DNA of 61,158 nt, filler included, from Sphacelaria rigidula (taxonomy: Eukaryota): assembly GCA_964200075.2 (NCBI GenBank). It is 6 parts of 6 records of this genome, joined end to end, with 100 filler letters (N's around TTAATTAATTAA, not from the genome) between each part and the next. Parts side by side here need not be neighbours in the genome. Positions count along the whole stretch, not along the records: positions 20,421 to 30,530 come from CAXNAA020007117.1; positions 30,631 to 40,740 come from CAXNAA020007118.1; 4 more parts are not named here. One strand, given 5' to 3'. Shown here in pieces: positions 21,699-34,650 of this stretch; the stretch's first letter is position 1; every line of letters begins with the position of its first letter. A model generated the notes under the pieces. It had not been told where the DNA came from and did not search any database. It saw only the letters and a program-made list of their open reading frames with translations. The position numbers were made by a program, and so were the translations under genes.

Positions 21699-24600
21699 TA
21701 ATAAGGGGACCAAAGTATCCCCTCCGCATAGCTCTTCATATCAAACAGGAACCCATGTCCTCATCTACGAGTCCGCGCATCTAGCGATGTAGAGTACCAG
21801 CAGTGACGTCATCGAGCCTCGAACAAAAAAAAAAGCAGACGGGGGGATGGCGGACGACAGCAATGTACGACCCGAGTGTTGCATGATGCCAATATAACGG
21901 GAGCAGGGGATAAATAGAGAAAATGGTTCTTCTGGAAAAACTCAAGAGTCAAGATCTACGGTAGAAAATACAGTCCGTAGTGTCATGGAACATTCGCTAC
22001 GGTAGAGAGAGGTGTAGAGGGTGGGTGAACGGGGTAGGGGGAGAAGATTGACACTCCTTGATCCCCAGAGAGGGTCGCCTGGGTCTTTTCACTCATTTTT
22101 CACATGAACATGATGTCGATCCAACGAAGGACGCGCCCTGGCGATCAGAGGGTTCAACGCAAGGGATATAGTTGGTTGACCAGAGCAGTAACAACGTACA
22201 GCAACGACGAACAAGATTCCGAGAAATTTACTCCACGTCACCCCCGGTTTCCAATCATCCTCTCCAGCTTCGTTCCACCCTTCGTATTTATTCTCGTTTG
22301 CTGCATTACAGTAACACGTGCCTGATACTACGCAGCGGTTTCAACATAGAAACTCTGCTCTGGTGTCAACACCGGATTCTCGCTGCAAAAAAAAAATGTC
22401 TTTCGAAACTTTGCTGCCAGGGGAATGTTTCAATACCCCCGACTTTACATACAATGCAATATATTGAGTTGCGTAGATGCATGTACCCTAGTGAATAGTT
22501 GGCTTCAACTCGGACACTGTACGCATGTACCCGAGCTTTTGTTTTCATTGGACCACCTCGATTTACTCCCGAATATAAGTCGCCGTCCGAGTAGCCAGCT
22601 AGGTGCTCACGGTTGTACTGGGGTCCGCAGCCCCGGTCACTAAAGGAGAGTCAAGGTGGACGTCTTCCTTCGTGGCACTCGCAAAGGGACAAACTGATCT
22701 CAAAGGGAGCATGCGTAGTTCTACGGTAGGGGTGCATTTTGTTTTTCTGAGGCTCTGCACTCCAGGAGTCTCTCAATGACAAATATCATGTGGGCAACAG
22801 TGTGCAGCCTCAGAAAACGTTTGGACTGATAAAAAGTGCACGCCTACCGTAGAATCGCGTTGAGGCCAACATAGCTACCTTTGTAGGCAAGAAATTCATG
22901 AGAGAAAAATTTGGATGAAGACGAATATAGCGTTGAAGCGGATTCTTATGAAATACGATTATGACTTGAAAAAAAACGCGTGTGCGAAATAAGACCTGTG
23001 ATTCGTCGCTGCGATACCATACACCGCCACCGCACACCAACCGCNNNNNNNNNNGGTGTTTGTCTCTACCGCTGCGCTTCCCTTCCCCCTCCCCTCCCCC
23101 CCCCCCCCCACCCGCCTCTCCCCCGAAAAAACAAAAGTGTCCCGAAATCATTCTTGCAAAAGTAACTTGTGTGCACCTCAAACGGGAACATAGACATCTC
23201 GTTGACAGGGGCAAATGCAAAGGCTTGACACGCAACCCAACACATGCCACCGTTGGCCAAAAGTACACAGCCCGAGCCATTGCTGCTCATCAACCGAGCA
23301 CGTTGTGGGTGGCCTTGCTATTATCTGCTGAAAATTCAATGAGAAACGATGATTTGTGTGAGACGCGCAAACAACCTACTCGCACAAACGGTCAGCAACG
23401 ACACGTTTTCGGTTGTAATTTGATATGCACGTGGCCGCCTTTCCTCCGATACAAACACAGATTTCCGTCAAAAAGAGACTGCCGTGTGTACATGAGCACA
23501 GGCTAGCGCTTGAGCAAATGCGCGTGAGTGGTAGGTGTCTGCACGTGGTTTTCGGGGCTCGGTGTGTAGGTGCTGTGTTGCCTTGTGGAATCTTGTCTAC
23601 AGCGGTGCAGATATGTTGGACTGAAGACCGCTTTCATAACTGCTAGGTTTCTGAACCTGTGCGCAGGTCAGGGCTTTAATCTGGACCAATACTGCTCGCG
23701 ATAACACTCAAAACTGGCCGTTGTGCGGGCAACCATTTTCGATTTTTTTTTTTTTCAGGTAACAATCATCATCTTCGATAAGGAACTCACTCGCCTGGGT
23801 TACAAATAATTTGGCAGGGAGCCTATTCCGAGGTTTCGGTGTCGAAGCGTATAGTTGCGGGTTGTATCCAGTCCAGTCCGGTACCACCGTTCGGCTTCGA
23901 AACTTGCATACTACTCAAAGCCTCAGCCTTGAGACCGGTCATTGTCGACTCCTACTCATTCCATTGGAGATACCCTGCTGCTGCTTCGCCATTCTTCACG
24001 CGAATGACTTGAAGTTTACAGCGTGCTACAGAAGGATATGTTGCTGTCCTTTAGACGAAGACTCCCTCCTTTGTGTCGACTGCGAAACTTTCCGCTGCTT
24101 GATCATCTACGGGGTATGTGCGCCTTCCAGAGGGAGAAGAAGGGGACGGGCGCTGCGGCTACAGTGTCCATACACTGGCACAGAGAAATATGTCGACCAC
24201 GGTCTACGCTTTCTGCTTACTTTGCTGTAGTCATAATCCAAAACATTTTCAAATCTTTTCCAACACGCCACTCCTACTTGTATGTATGATTCATAATCTT
24301 CCCGCACGAACTCTGCCATGACTTCATGAGCCTCTGCCCCACGGTACTGTGGAGTTGACTCCAGCCATGCTGCTCTCTTTTCGCGTGCCCACCAATTATT
24401 TCGAAGAGTGGAGAAGAAGGGCGCCAGGCATGTTTCTTGGCCATTTCCCGTCGAATCGCAGGTTTATTCAGTTTGAATTTATGATACAGAATTTCCTGCT
24501 CTGGAATATAAGTACTCGTAGTGTCCCGAAAATGTTTGCATATGTGCTGGGGGGTATTTGAAGTTCGCCGGAGCTGCTGTCCCAAGCTGATTGCGTCGTG

Positions 24601-25261
24601 CACCTCGTGTGGTAGAGTTTTGAGGTGTTGACACCCGAGGGTTGGGGATTAGAAAATGAAGAAAGAAAGTCACGAGAGCACCATCTATTTCCCTCGAATA
24701 ATCGCGCGGGCGAGGGCAAAGGCTATGGTGACCGGTGAAAATTCACGAGCCCCCTTGGCTGTGACTCCAAGACACACAATATACCGAAAAGTCAAGCCCT
24801 CAGCCATTCCATGGCCCCAGGTAGCTTGCGATTTGAATAAGATGTGAGGTGCAAACAAGCATGTACGAGATATGAACGTAGCAACCTACCTACACAAACT
24901 GGTGGCTTGCCCAGTCTTTGACTATAGTAGGGTTGGCCGAAAGAACTCTTCATGTAGATGGAGGAGAGCGGCCGCAACGTCCTGTTCAGCGCAGTAGCCC
25001 CGAAATATTCTTTTGGTCCCTCTCATCGTGAACAAGCTGAAGATTCGTGAGTGTTTTATACTTCAACCGAACCCCGACTTGACGAACCCATGCCGATTCC
25101 CGATCGTTTCATTCATGGTGTAGTAGTGCTCACTCATAACGTTGTACTGGAGGTCGACTTAAGAGGTTCTTCCGCAAGCAAGTGTCGCTGCGAACAGCGT
25201 TCGCCGACGGCTTGCAGTCGCGCATGAATTAAAAACAAGAACATCCTCATTGCGTCTTTAG

Positions 25262-25472
25262 GTCGGAGCTGTTGGGAAATTCCTGCGGCATCGTCGACCG
25301 CAACGCCCTCTTCAACGGAGACAGCCCAACCCGACTTCAGGCGCTGCAGGAATTCAACATCGATCTTGAGCGGGTTGGGAACATGACCAAAGCGCGCGCG
25401 GAGAGCGGCGGCAGTAGTGGAGGCACGTCAGGACAGCAGCAAGGACTAAGCGAGAAGGGAAAAGGTCGTGAG
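25262..25472 (+). CDS. exon-like segment of an unidentified gene or pseudogene
   Basis: TTTAG acceptor, then a GC3-rich open frame SELLGNSCGIVDRNALFNGDSPTRLQALQEFNIDLERVGNMTKARAESGG...GKGRE. Possible donors are GAG|GCGAGT or C|GTGAGG. Confidence 0.4.
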
Positions 25473-26597
25473 GCGAGTCGTTCCACAATGTGGGGGGTGT
25501 ATGCCATAAACAGTCAGTCTCGCATTCGGGCTCGTGCGGAATGACGCTCTAACATCCTGGTGTATATGGCTTTCTGCCCCTCGCAGCCGCGCCTGAGTTG
25601 TCTAATGGTGCAGCTCAGACCATTTATGTAATGTTTTTCGCCACACTTTCAGCCCCTCCCGTTCCTCGAGATGAGTCCGTGACCTCAAGTAATCAACCCA
25701 TCGCTCCCCCGACACATGCTTTGCATTTCGGCCTCGCAGATTGGATTATGACCAACACTCTCGTACTGCGTAAACTCTTGTCAAACAAATCCTGTCAAAA
25801 TCGGTTTGCTAGTCGCGTAATTCGCGATTTCAACGGTGGAAATCAGATACTTGTGAGGAAAAAGAGCCAGATGCATCCGGCGAGCATCGAACACTTGATA
25901 TTTCCACCCCCCCTCATAGTGTCAGGTAGACCGTTAAAAATTTGCATTACCGTGGCGCGGGTCCTACGATTAGATCGGGCAAAACAATTCCCGCCAGATG
26001 TGTCTGGTTTCGCCTTCCTTTCAGAAATATCTGCTTGGCGTCCTTGAAAACTTGAGGGCATGAGCGACGATGACAGGAATTTTCACTGAGTTCGGCAGAC
26101 GACAGTCGACGCGGTGCCGAAGTGGTGACCCACTCAGATATGTCACCATATAAGGTGTGTACCGGGGGGCGCGCGGGAGGGGGGGATGGGTTGGTTCCTT
26201 GAGACAACGAACTCGTCCTGAGGCACGGACGGGGTTGTAGGTGAGACAAGAAAATCTGCACGACATGGGACAGGCATGATCAATACAGGTCAACATCGAA
26301 ATTTCCCTGTTTCAACGATCAGCTGATATGATCAAGCTATGATGTTCGCGTCAACGAGGCAGACGTGATACTCCTGTGGTTTCTTATTCTATACGTGATA
26401 ATGTAGCTTGAACGGTCGAATTTTTCTTGCAAAACGCGGTACAACGTGGTGGTTCGTGCAATACTCTCTCGCTGCGGGTGGGGAATGAGATCGGTAGACA
26501 GTGTGCTTCTGGGAAAGGAGAAAATACAGAAGTATTGTTCTGCATTCCGGACAGCGACGGAAGCGGTACCCATTTCCCGTATCGTTCAACGTCTTAG

Positions 26598-28418
26598 GTG
26601 GCGGACGGCGGGCGATCGGATTCCCATCAAAAGCGACATCGAGAGCGAGGAGGTGCGCCCACGGCAGAGAAAGATCGTGCTGAGACGGAGGGTAGTAGTG
26701 GTGCTAAACGTACCATGTCGGCGAAGCGTCGAGAGGCGCTGCGAATGAAGTTCAAGTTGCTGGAAATTATGCTGTCTGCACCGGGTGCAAACACGGAAGG
26801 ATCGCCACCGGAAAAAGTACACACCGATGACAGCGGTGGCGGTGGCGGTGGCGCCGAGGCAGAAGATACAGTTGAAAAAACTGCAGGGGACGGGAGACAC
26901 GCTGGTGAGCGGAGCAGTCACGATGTCGCTCTTATCGAGGACGCCAGTGATGTACTTGCAGCGGACGCCAACGCTGACGCGAAACCTAGTGACGGCGCCA
27001 AGCCTCCGACAGTGGGAGATTTTCCCTCGCAGCAGACGCTACTCCTCCGACAAAGTGACTCGCAACGACTGAACAGTGAAAAAATGTCGACACCATTGAT
27101 AATGACCTCACGACGTTCACAGGGGAAAACGCATGATGAGGGCGATTTTACCGACAACGGAGCACGACGGGGGACCGCTATTGGCGGCAGAAGAAATCGC
27201 GAGATGGCGGGAGCAAAAACGAACAGCAACTTTACTTCGCTGGAGGAGGCTATCAATTTGAACGCGAGGCATGCCGCACAACACACAGCAGTTGGAGCTG
27301 AACAAATACCAGACGAAAAACTCGCTCCACAATGCCACGGACTGGGAGTCGAGCAAGCTCCAGACCCGCCCGAGAATCATTCGGCGAGGCAAATGCAGGA
27401 TGACGCGGAACAAGGGCGGCTTGCCGACGAGAAGGGCCTGCCGAACCATAAGCCGTGCTGGTGGTGGATGTCGCTATTGCAACCGGGTGCTACCGCTGGC
27501 GGTATTTGTACCCCTGACACTGTGTATATGGAGGAGCAGACTGTGCGTTCAGCGCAACCTGCGACGAGAAACCCCGATAATACGAGAACCCGAGATGCTC
27601 CCCCCGTTTCGGATAACGTCGGGAAGTTCCACGACCTATCGCCGGCGTTACCATCTAGCCACGGGGGCGCAAGCACTAGAACAACCGCTGTAGTGACAGC
27701 TTCTTCTGCAAAAGGGAACAACGGGCGGCAGAGGGGACGCCTGATGTGGATTCACACCGAACCAACGACAAGAATTGATATTGATAATAACACCGAGGAT
27801 GCCCCGCTGCGATCTCAATTCACGGGAAGAGATGTCGGCGCTCGGCGAGGTGGGTTACTCGACGGTGACGATACAGATGGCACTGGCGGCGGCCCTGGTG
27901 ATGTTTCCCTACCATTGCGAAGGGCTGGAAACGAATTCGCCGCGACGATAGAACGGCCATCACCCAAGAGAAAGGCGGAAGGTGGCGTGTTTGATGGCAG
28001 CGTCAGGCAAAAGCTGCAGCGACCCCAAACGACCGAAGCGTCATCGCGGACAACCACAACTGCGGGCTGCTTGCAAACGAAATTGCAAACGATAGCGATA
28101 CACGGAGAAGACCAATTGAAGAGAGCTGCTCGTGGGATTTGCGACTGCGGTCGACGCTTAAGCAGGGTAGGTCTTTATGATACTGCTAGCGCCAGGGACG
28201 ACGCAGTCGGTAACGGAGGTCACGGGGATAGTCCTCGCAGGATTCTGCGGAGCAAAGACGTCGTCCAACCAGGGAATAAGTTACCGCTCGCAATTCTCAA
28301 GATTTGGGGACCTCACGGGGGAGAAACGGAGAGCAGAAAAATTTCACGTACTGATGGAGGACGGGGAGGAAGCAAGGGCGAAGGGAATCGGACAAGACCA
28401 CGACCCCGGGTTACAGTG
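26598..28418 (+). CDS. large exon or ORF encoding a low-complexity, probably disordered hypothetical protein
   Basis: Open frame of 660 codons (26598-28580), far longer than any other here. Preceded by TCTTAG; first ATG at 26715. A probable donor GTG|GTGAGA at 28418/9 is followed by T-rich sequence. No recognisable domain. Confidence 0.5.
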
Positions 28419-29519
28419 GTGAGATTTCTTGGCTCTGATAGTTGGTATTTTCTCGGTATGCCGATGAGAGCTGCACCCCATAATTTATCGCTGTTGCTTC
28501 TCGTCAGATCCTGCAGTAGATCACACGGGTCACCACTATGCGCGAACCTGTACCGGAGATTGGAGGTGATGCCCGTTTGATCGTCGTTCGAACCCCAGCG
28601 CGGTGTGAATCGTGGACTGACTGCGGACAAGGGAACTCCAAACTCTCGGCCTTAGTGATCAGGACGTTCTTCGAAAGAAGACGTGAGAACGTGATCTTCC
28701 GGCATCATATCCTGAAAATGGAACACGAGTTCCGCCACTGCACTTTTAACAAGTGACGTAAATTGACACTGAATTGTTATGCAGAATCTACACCCCCACA
28801 CTTCGAAGTGCGCGTTTAGGTGGCGCTTTGGACCGAGATAGAAGTGCTCGACGCCTTGAGGGACATGTCCAAGGGAAGGTGGGACAGCAACGCCCCCAGC
28901 GGTGGCAGCCTTTGCAACGACAACCCTTCCAGTACCAAGCTGAACACAACCGGCACCCTCCGGCGCAGCAAGGAACCGGGTCACCACTGCTTCTGCTGCG
29001 TCCAGGCCTTCGTAAGAGGCAGCCAGTCACGCGTAATCCCCGCGGGAGACTGCACCAGCCCCATCCTCACCCGGCTACCTCAACCACGGATCGACAGCGG
29101 TGGAGATGTGCTGGTCACACATGACCTGCCTCTTCCGCCACTTAGGAGCGCTAGACACAGGTGGAGAGGTGGAGAGGAGACCGTACGACGAGGGGAGCAC
29201 TATGGCCGCCCCGTGTTCTATCGCGCGGCGTGGCGGCGGACGGGCTCTGGATGCACTGTACATGTGTGGAAGATCGAAAGCAGGTGGGTGGTGCTCGATG
29301 GCGGGGCGGGTGGAAGCGAGGAAGGGGGGTGCGACTCGCGAGGTCGAGACTACACTTGTGATGGTCAATATCTGGGTCTTGATATGCTTCGCCAAATATT
29401 TTGATTCGTATGCTACTGTTTCGACCATAAAACAGAAGTATGTCATGACACATGGCAACAGTGACAAGACCCATAGTGTTTTAGTAAAATGGTGCAGGTG
29501 TGACAAGGAGAGAGACGGA

Positions 29520-29835
29520 TGGAGGGCGGGTGTACTCACGATCTTGCATGCCATAGTCATATGACCATTGACCTTGCATTCCAACAAAGCCGGGGCGGAG
29601 CACGCCGGGTTCTCGTCAGACCAGGCTCGCACTTAATCACCAGGCGCGAAGCGCCGTGGTTTGTTCGGTGAGTCGCATGAAGGGTGAGCTGCATCCTGCT
29701 GAGATTGTTCGATCCGAAGCGCACTGATTATCTTGCATTTGGATGACAGCTTACAATGAGTTGCTTTATTATCTGGTATCGCCACTTCCAGAGACAGTCA
29801 CGGGTCATACACCGCCTCACGGGTGTCTCACCATA
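29520..29835 (-). mobile_element. 5'-truncated LINE-like 3' end, family B
   Basis: The reverse complement matches 57490-57809 and 34440-34650 (GCAGCTCACCCTTCATGCGACTC.CCGAAC...GGCATGCAAGATCGTGAGTACACCC). Confidence 0.75.
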
Positions 29836-30530
29836 AAAGTCAAAACACTACGTAGTACGATCATTCCCTCTGCGCGTAGTTGAGGTTGTTCCACCCCGCA
29901 CAATATGATCTAGCTCGACTACCGTTATAGTTACCGCAAGTAAAACGTAAGAGCTTCGAAATGATCGGTAGCCTGGTTGCCTAGCTTACGAAGTGAGTGG
30001 CGTGTTTTACAGTGTCATCGAAGATCGACGCCAACCCCATAGGGGATCCGCCCCTACAAAGCCAGGACAGAGCATGTCGGGTTCTCGCCGGACCAAGGTG
30101 AGTTGGACGGGAGGCGCAAAATTTGCCGGCGGCGAAATTGAGTAAACTCAGAAAATATATGATTTTGGTATCGCCTCTCCTTTTGCAGGGGTGAACTTCT
30201 CGTTCGGTAATCAAAAGCATTCCATTCCACTGCAGGCCAGCGCGCATACTTGGAACGGCGCTCGTTACATGGTCTCGAATAATTCAAGGATCGAGCACGC
30301 AACAGAGTGCGTGCGTGCGTGCGTGCGTGCAAGGTACATACAAACACATAGATAGATAGATAATACATGCATACATACATACATACAGCTTTTTCTCGCC
30401 ATACTTCCAACTCCCCCACTCCCTTGGAACGAGCCCGTAAACTCAAGTGATCAACCTATTCCCTCCCCAATGGTTAGACACCCATGAGGCAGTGTAAAAG
30501 CTGTGGCTGTCTCTGGAAGTGGCGATACCA

Positions 30531-30630
30531 NNNNNNNNNNNNNNNNNNNNNNNNNNNNNNNNNNNNNNNNNNNNTTAATTAATTAANNNNNNNNNNNNNN
30601 NNNNNNNNNNNNNNNNNNNNNNNNNNNNNN
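30531..30630. other. artificial contig spacer
   Basis: 44 N + TTAATTAATTAA + 44 N. Confidence 0.98.
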
Positions 30631-32999
30631 TTGACTTTTGAACAGGGCTCCCCACGTGGTCCCCCACCGTAGTACTATTATCATTATATTATAATTATGA
30701 TTGTGATTATGATTATTATTATTTTAATTGTGAATCACACTTGTGAGAGCCCAACATACCTTATAGTTGTGTCCAAGAACCTATTATTGTTTCTATCCAT
30801 GGGAACGTTCTGGCACTGAGGAAGGCTCCTCAGACGTCCGCTAGATCTTTGGAGGATGGTCTATCTGTCTCGGAATATCGGGACAATATCAGACCAAATA
30901 TGCCCAAGTGTCACAGAACGTTGTACACACCAAACCCAAGGTGATCTACACGTTGAACTGAACTCCAGGCCAATGTCTGTCGGTACATAGTCCCTTGATT
31001 CATGACCTGTTGTCTGAGATGAGCTGCATGGATAGATCGCAGATCATCCCCACCTCATTTCACAATTACAACCACTCTTCTTCTCTTCACCTCCACTCTG
31101 TCTGTCTAGGCCCCTCGAGCTCTGTCCTGTCCACTCAACGCTACCGACGTAGCTTGACTGGAAAGAGCACTTTGCGTCTCGCAGAGAGTGTAAGGGTTAA
31201 AATCCATTCGTCGGTCTTCTATCGTATACGACTCTTCTTCTTATTATTACTATTATGTTCGTCCCAATAGCTCGATCTCTCGAACCCGTGGTCACAGAGT
31301 CCAAGGAGAACACCATTCATACCCATAAACCAAATGAGTACAATCGAAATCAGTACTAGCCTTGTTTGACTTTTGACGTGAAACGTGACACGACGTGACA
31401 TGTAACGAGTGTAACGTGTAGACCCTTGGTTTCTTCGGCCAAACGGAGTGAATTGAGGTTAGTGTTTCTCCTCTCGCCCCGAGGAGTATCCTCCTTGACC
31501 GACTGCATGCATTTGTCCAGTCCCGTTGGTCGCAAGATTTGGAGTCGGAGGGCGTGCCCACAGAACGGCAAACGTTCCCGATGTACGAAGCAGATGCACA
31601 CGGGGGTGAGGAGATCGGAAAGCTCATGATCAAGGATGAACGGCCGAAGATGGTCGTTCGAAAAGAAGCGAATTTCAATTTGTGCCAAGAAAATTGTCTC
31701 AGGGCCTATCTTAGCACATGAGTTTTCGATCGAAATTGTGTAGTGGAAACAAGGGTCTGTCAAAAATATATTCCGGGACACGTAGGCCCCAAGATCGAAA
31801 AACCGAGTTCTTGAGGGGGGGGGGGGGAAGACACCCAGCCCGCTGTCCCCTAGTGTCAGGTCGAGGCGTTGGCGGATGCGGTCAGCTGCCGTGTACAAAT
31901 ATCCTGGGCATGGAGACCGCTGAGATGACGGACACACCGCCTCTCCAAGCTCATCACCTACCATGATGACATTTCTAGGATCATGTTCCCTGTCGTGTGC
32001 CTCGACTACTCACCACTATTAGTCCGGGCAAATTCGGCGAGGCGTGAGATAATCTTGCTACTTTGGCTATAGGCTGTCGCTGCCGTGCGCTCGTGTATTG
32101 GACATAGATGTGTGTGAGTGTTGTTGGCATCCGAGGTCATCGGGACAGGGCGGGCAAGGAGCAGAAGCAAATATACGAACCTCGCAAGACCCGCCAGACT
32201 TTTCGGTTTTCGTCATTGCTTGTTATTTTTTTTCAAGAAATTTACAAAAAAATCACAAAAAAAAGATGAAAAATCATGACAATATTCGGAAAATTGCCCT
32301 CCGGGAGGGGGGGGGCGNNNNNNAAAAAAACAAAAAAACAAAAAAAAAAACAAACAGAAGAAATACCGGACAGCGCCACGCGGGGGGGGGGGGGGGGGGG
32401 GAGGGGGGGGCTCCGTGCCCGAAATTTTTCTCTCGACAGACCCTTGGTGGAAAACAAAAAATCCTATCTGATAAGTCGTATTTTCAACCATCGTCGTTAG
32501 TTTTGAAGATGGTTGAAATCATGGCCCATCAGATCGGGATTTGTGTTTTCCACCGCACTTTTTCGATCGAAAACTAATGTGCCAAGACAGGGCCTCAGAG
32601 TGTGGTAGAGAGTAGTCGGGCTAAAAGGTGAGAAATACTATCTCTGCAAAACCCGGGTATTGGTGTGTAGACAGTTCGTGCAGGTTTGACCCGCGACAAC
32701 GAGCACTTCATGCTGTTCCGGAGAGTATTTACATTATGTCAAAGTTTTTCTCCGGTTACGGTAGACGCACGATGCAGACAGACCAACACCCCGCCCACCA
32801 AACGCTCCTTTCGGTTCTACAGACGTCAACTGAATGAAAACCATCCTTCCTTTCGCTTCATCCTCTCTCGTCGCTAGGACAGGGCAAACGGTGGGCGCTA
32901 CACGAGTATAAGATCGTACGGTGTATAGATAAAACCCCCTAGGTAATGACTCTCCAACCTTGCCTTCTCTCCATCCTACGGCACAGGACAACACAACAT

Positions 33000-34097
33000 A
33001 GTACGGGCTGGTGACCCTACTTCTCGCGAACCAGAAAGATTGCGTTCAGATCTGTCCAAACATCGGCCGCTCTTTGTACAGTCAAGGGCATTTTACCGCT
33101 CGAGAAAAACGAAGGGGGCGGGAAAATATCACCTGGGGAGTGATGAGGGACAGCATGGAAAAATACCTGGTTCGGTTCCAGCCCATGGGCACGCGAAGAC
33201 TGTCAAAAACAGGGAATCCACTAGACACAGGAGTGATGAAACAATGGCGACTGGAAAGTACTGCAGCTAGACCTAAGAAGGAAGATTGCTTCCCCGCCCG
33301 GAGCATGGCCGGAACATGCCAAGGACGAGATTGCCAGCCACAGTTGATGGGGCTAGGTGAAAGAAAGTAAAGAGAAGACAGGCAGGAAAAAGGTAAAATA
33401 GCGTGGCCGAGAAAGTATGGAAGGACATAGGAGGAAACCAAGACGAGATAATGTCCACAGATGAAGGCGCGGGGTACAAGGCAAGGACAAGGTGCGTGAT
33501 AGATTAGGGGAATAGAGGAAAACAAGCACTAGGACGGCAAGTAGACGAGGAAGAACGCCTGACGACATACGGGGGGCTGAGAGAGGGAAGAAGGATGACA
33601 ACATATCTGCACGGCCCAATGGACTACGCGAAAAAGTTGAACCTGCGATTTCGGGTGGGAGACCTAACTTGCCAGAAAGAACGCGGAGGTATTCCAGTAG
33701 TCGGATCGGGAGGAAGTAGATGCACAGTATCTGCCCCTGTGGCGAAGCAATAGAGGAGAACTCATTCAGCAGGAGAATGTGAACTTTACGACGAGGAACG
33801 GGACGTGTTGACGGTGAAATGTGGAAAATAAACGAAGGCGGCAAGGAATCGTCTAGTGCATTAGGCAGTAGCGATAAAGTAATCGCTAGTCTGGGAAATA
33901 TATGGCGGCCACAGACGGCGAAGCAGGAAGTGGATAAGATATGTAAAATGTTTTGTTGCTATGTCATGGGAAAACGTGATGAGTGCTCAAATGCTGGAGG
34001 TGTCTGCAATAGGAGTAGAAACGGCACCCCATCTCGAAAGGGATGCGTGGTCAACGGTCAAATGGCTAAGGCAAGCAGCAAATGAGTATTCCCCCCC
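33000..34097 (+). mobile_element. decayed 5'-truncated LINE (family A), C-terminus of the RT ORF with CCHC knuckle
   Basis: Frameshifted translation LRFRVGDL...ICPCGEAIE/RTHSAGECELYDEERD...KVIASLGNIWRPQTAKQE...RNGTPSRKGCVVNGQMAKASSK*, then GTATT and a C7 run. Shorter copies of the same 3' end occur elsewhere. The 5' boundary is approximate. Confidence 0.75.
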
Positions 34098-34439
34098 TGG
34101 GCGGTACCGATTTGGATAAAGATGCGGTCTGCGCACCATGGAGCACTCGGGACTGTCAATCCCACCGTACTCAAGATTCGGATGATTATGTTCTGTTCGC
34201 ACTCAACTCCAAAAGATCAACCATGAATAATTTGAAGGCGGACTGAGCGGGCGCTCTACTGAGTACAGCGCGCGATAATACGGTGAAGATGCGCCGGTAT
34301 ACCCTGCGTAGATGAGATATGGCCGTGAGAATTCAAATCCGTTCCTAGGTTGCCCCAGTACATAGGTGTAGATGTGTCATCACTTCACCTACATAATGAC
34401 CACGTCATGTTTCCTCCCCGCCCACCCGTGATGCAAGAG

Positions 34440-34650
34440 AACCAGTACGCTTCGGACAGAACAAGCTCAGCAGGATGCTGCTCACCCTTTATGCGACTCG
34501 CCGAACACACCACGGTACTTCGCGCTTGATGATTGATTGCGAGCCTGGTCCGGCGAAGACCCGGCGTGCTCCGTCCCGGCTTTGTGGGGATGCGCGTTCA
34601 ACAATGTTATGACCATGGCATGCAAGATCATGAGTACACCCTTCCACCCG
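34440..34650 (+). mobile_element. 5'-truncated LINE-like 3' end, family B
   Basis: Colinear with 57595-57809; ends ATGAGTACACCCTTCCACCC. Confidence 0.72.

Noticed and set aside
26339-26490. NUDIX-like or giant-virus-like peptide YSCGFLFY..NGRIFLAKR
   Set aside because: The frame has several stops, there is no Nudix box, and no viral hallmark gene was recognised anywhere in the window.
31452-31721. Protein-like open frame ...RSILLDRLHAFVQSRWSQDLESEGVPTERQTFPMYE...
   Set aside because: No convincing splice acceptor or start, and no recognisable family.
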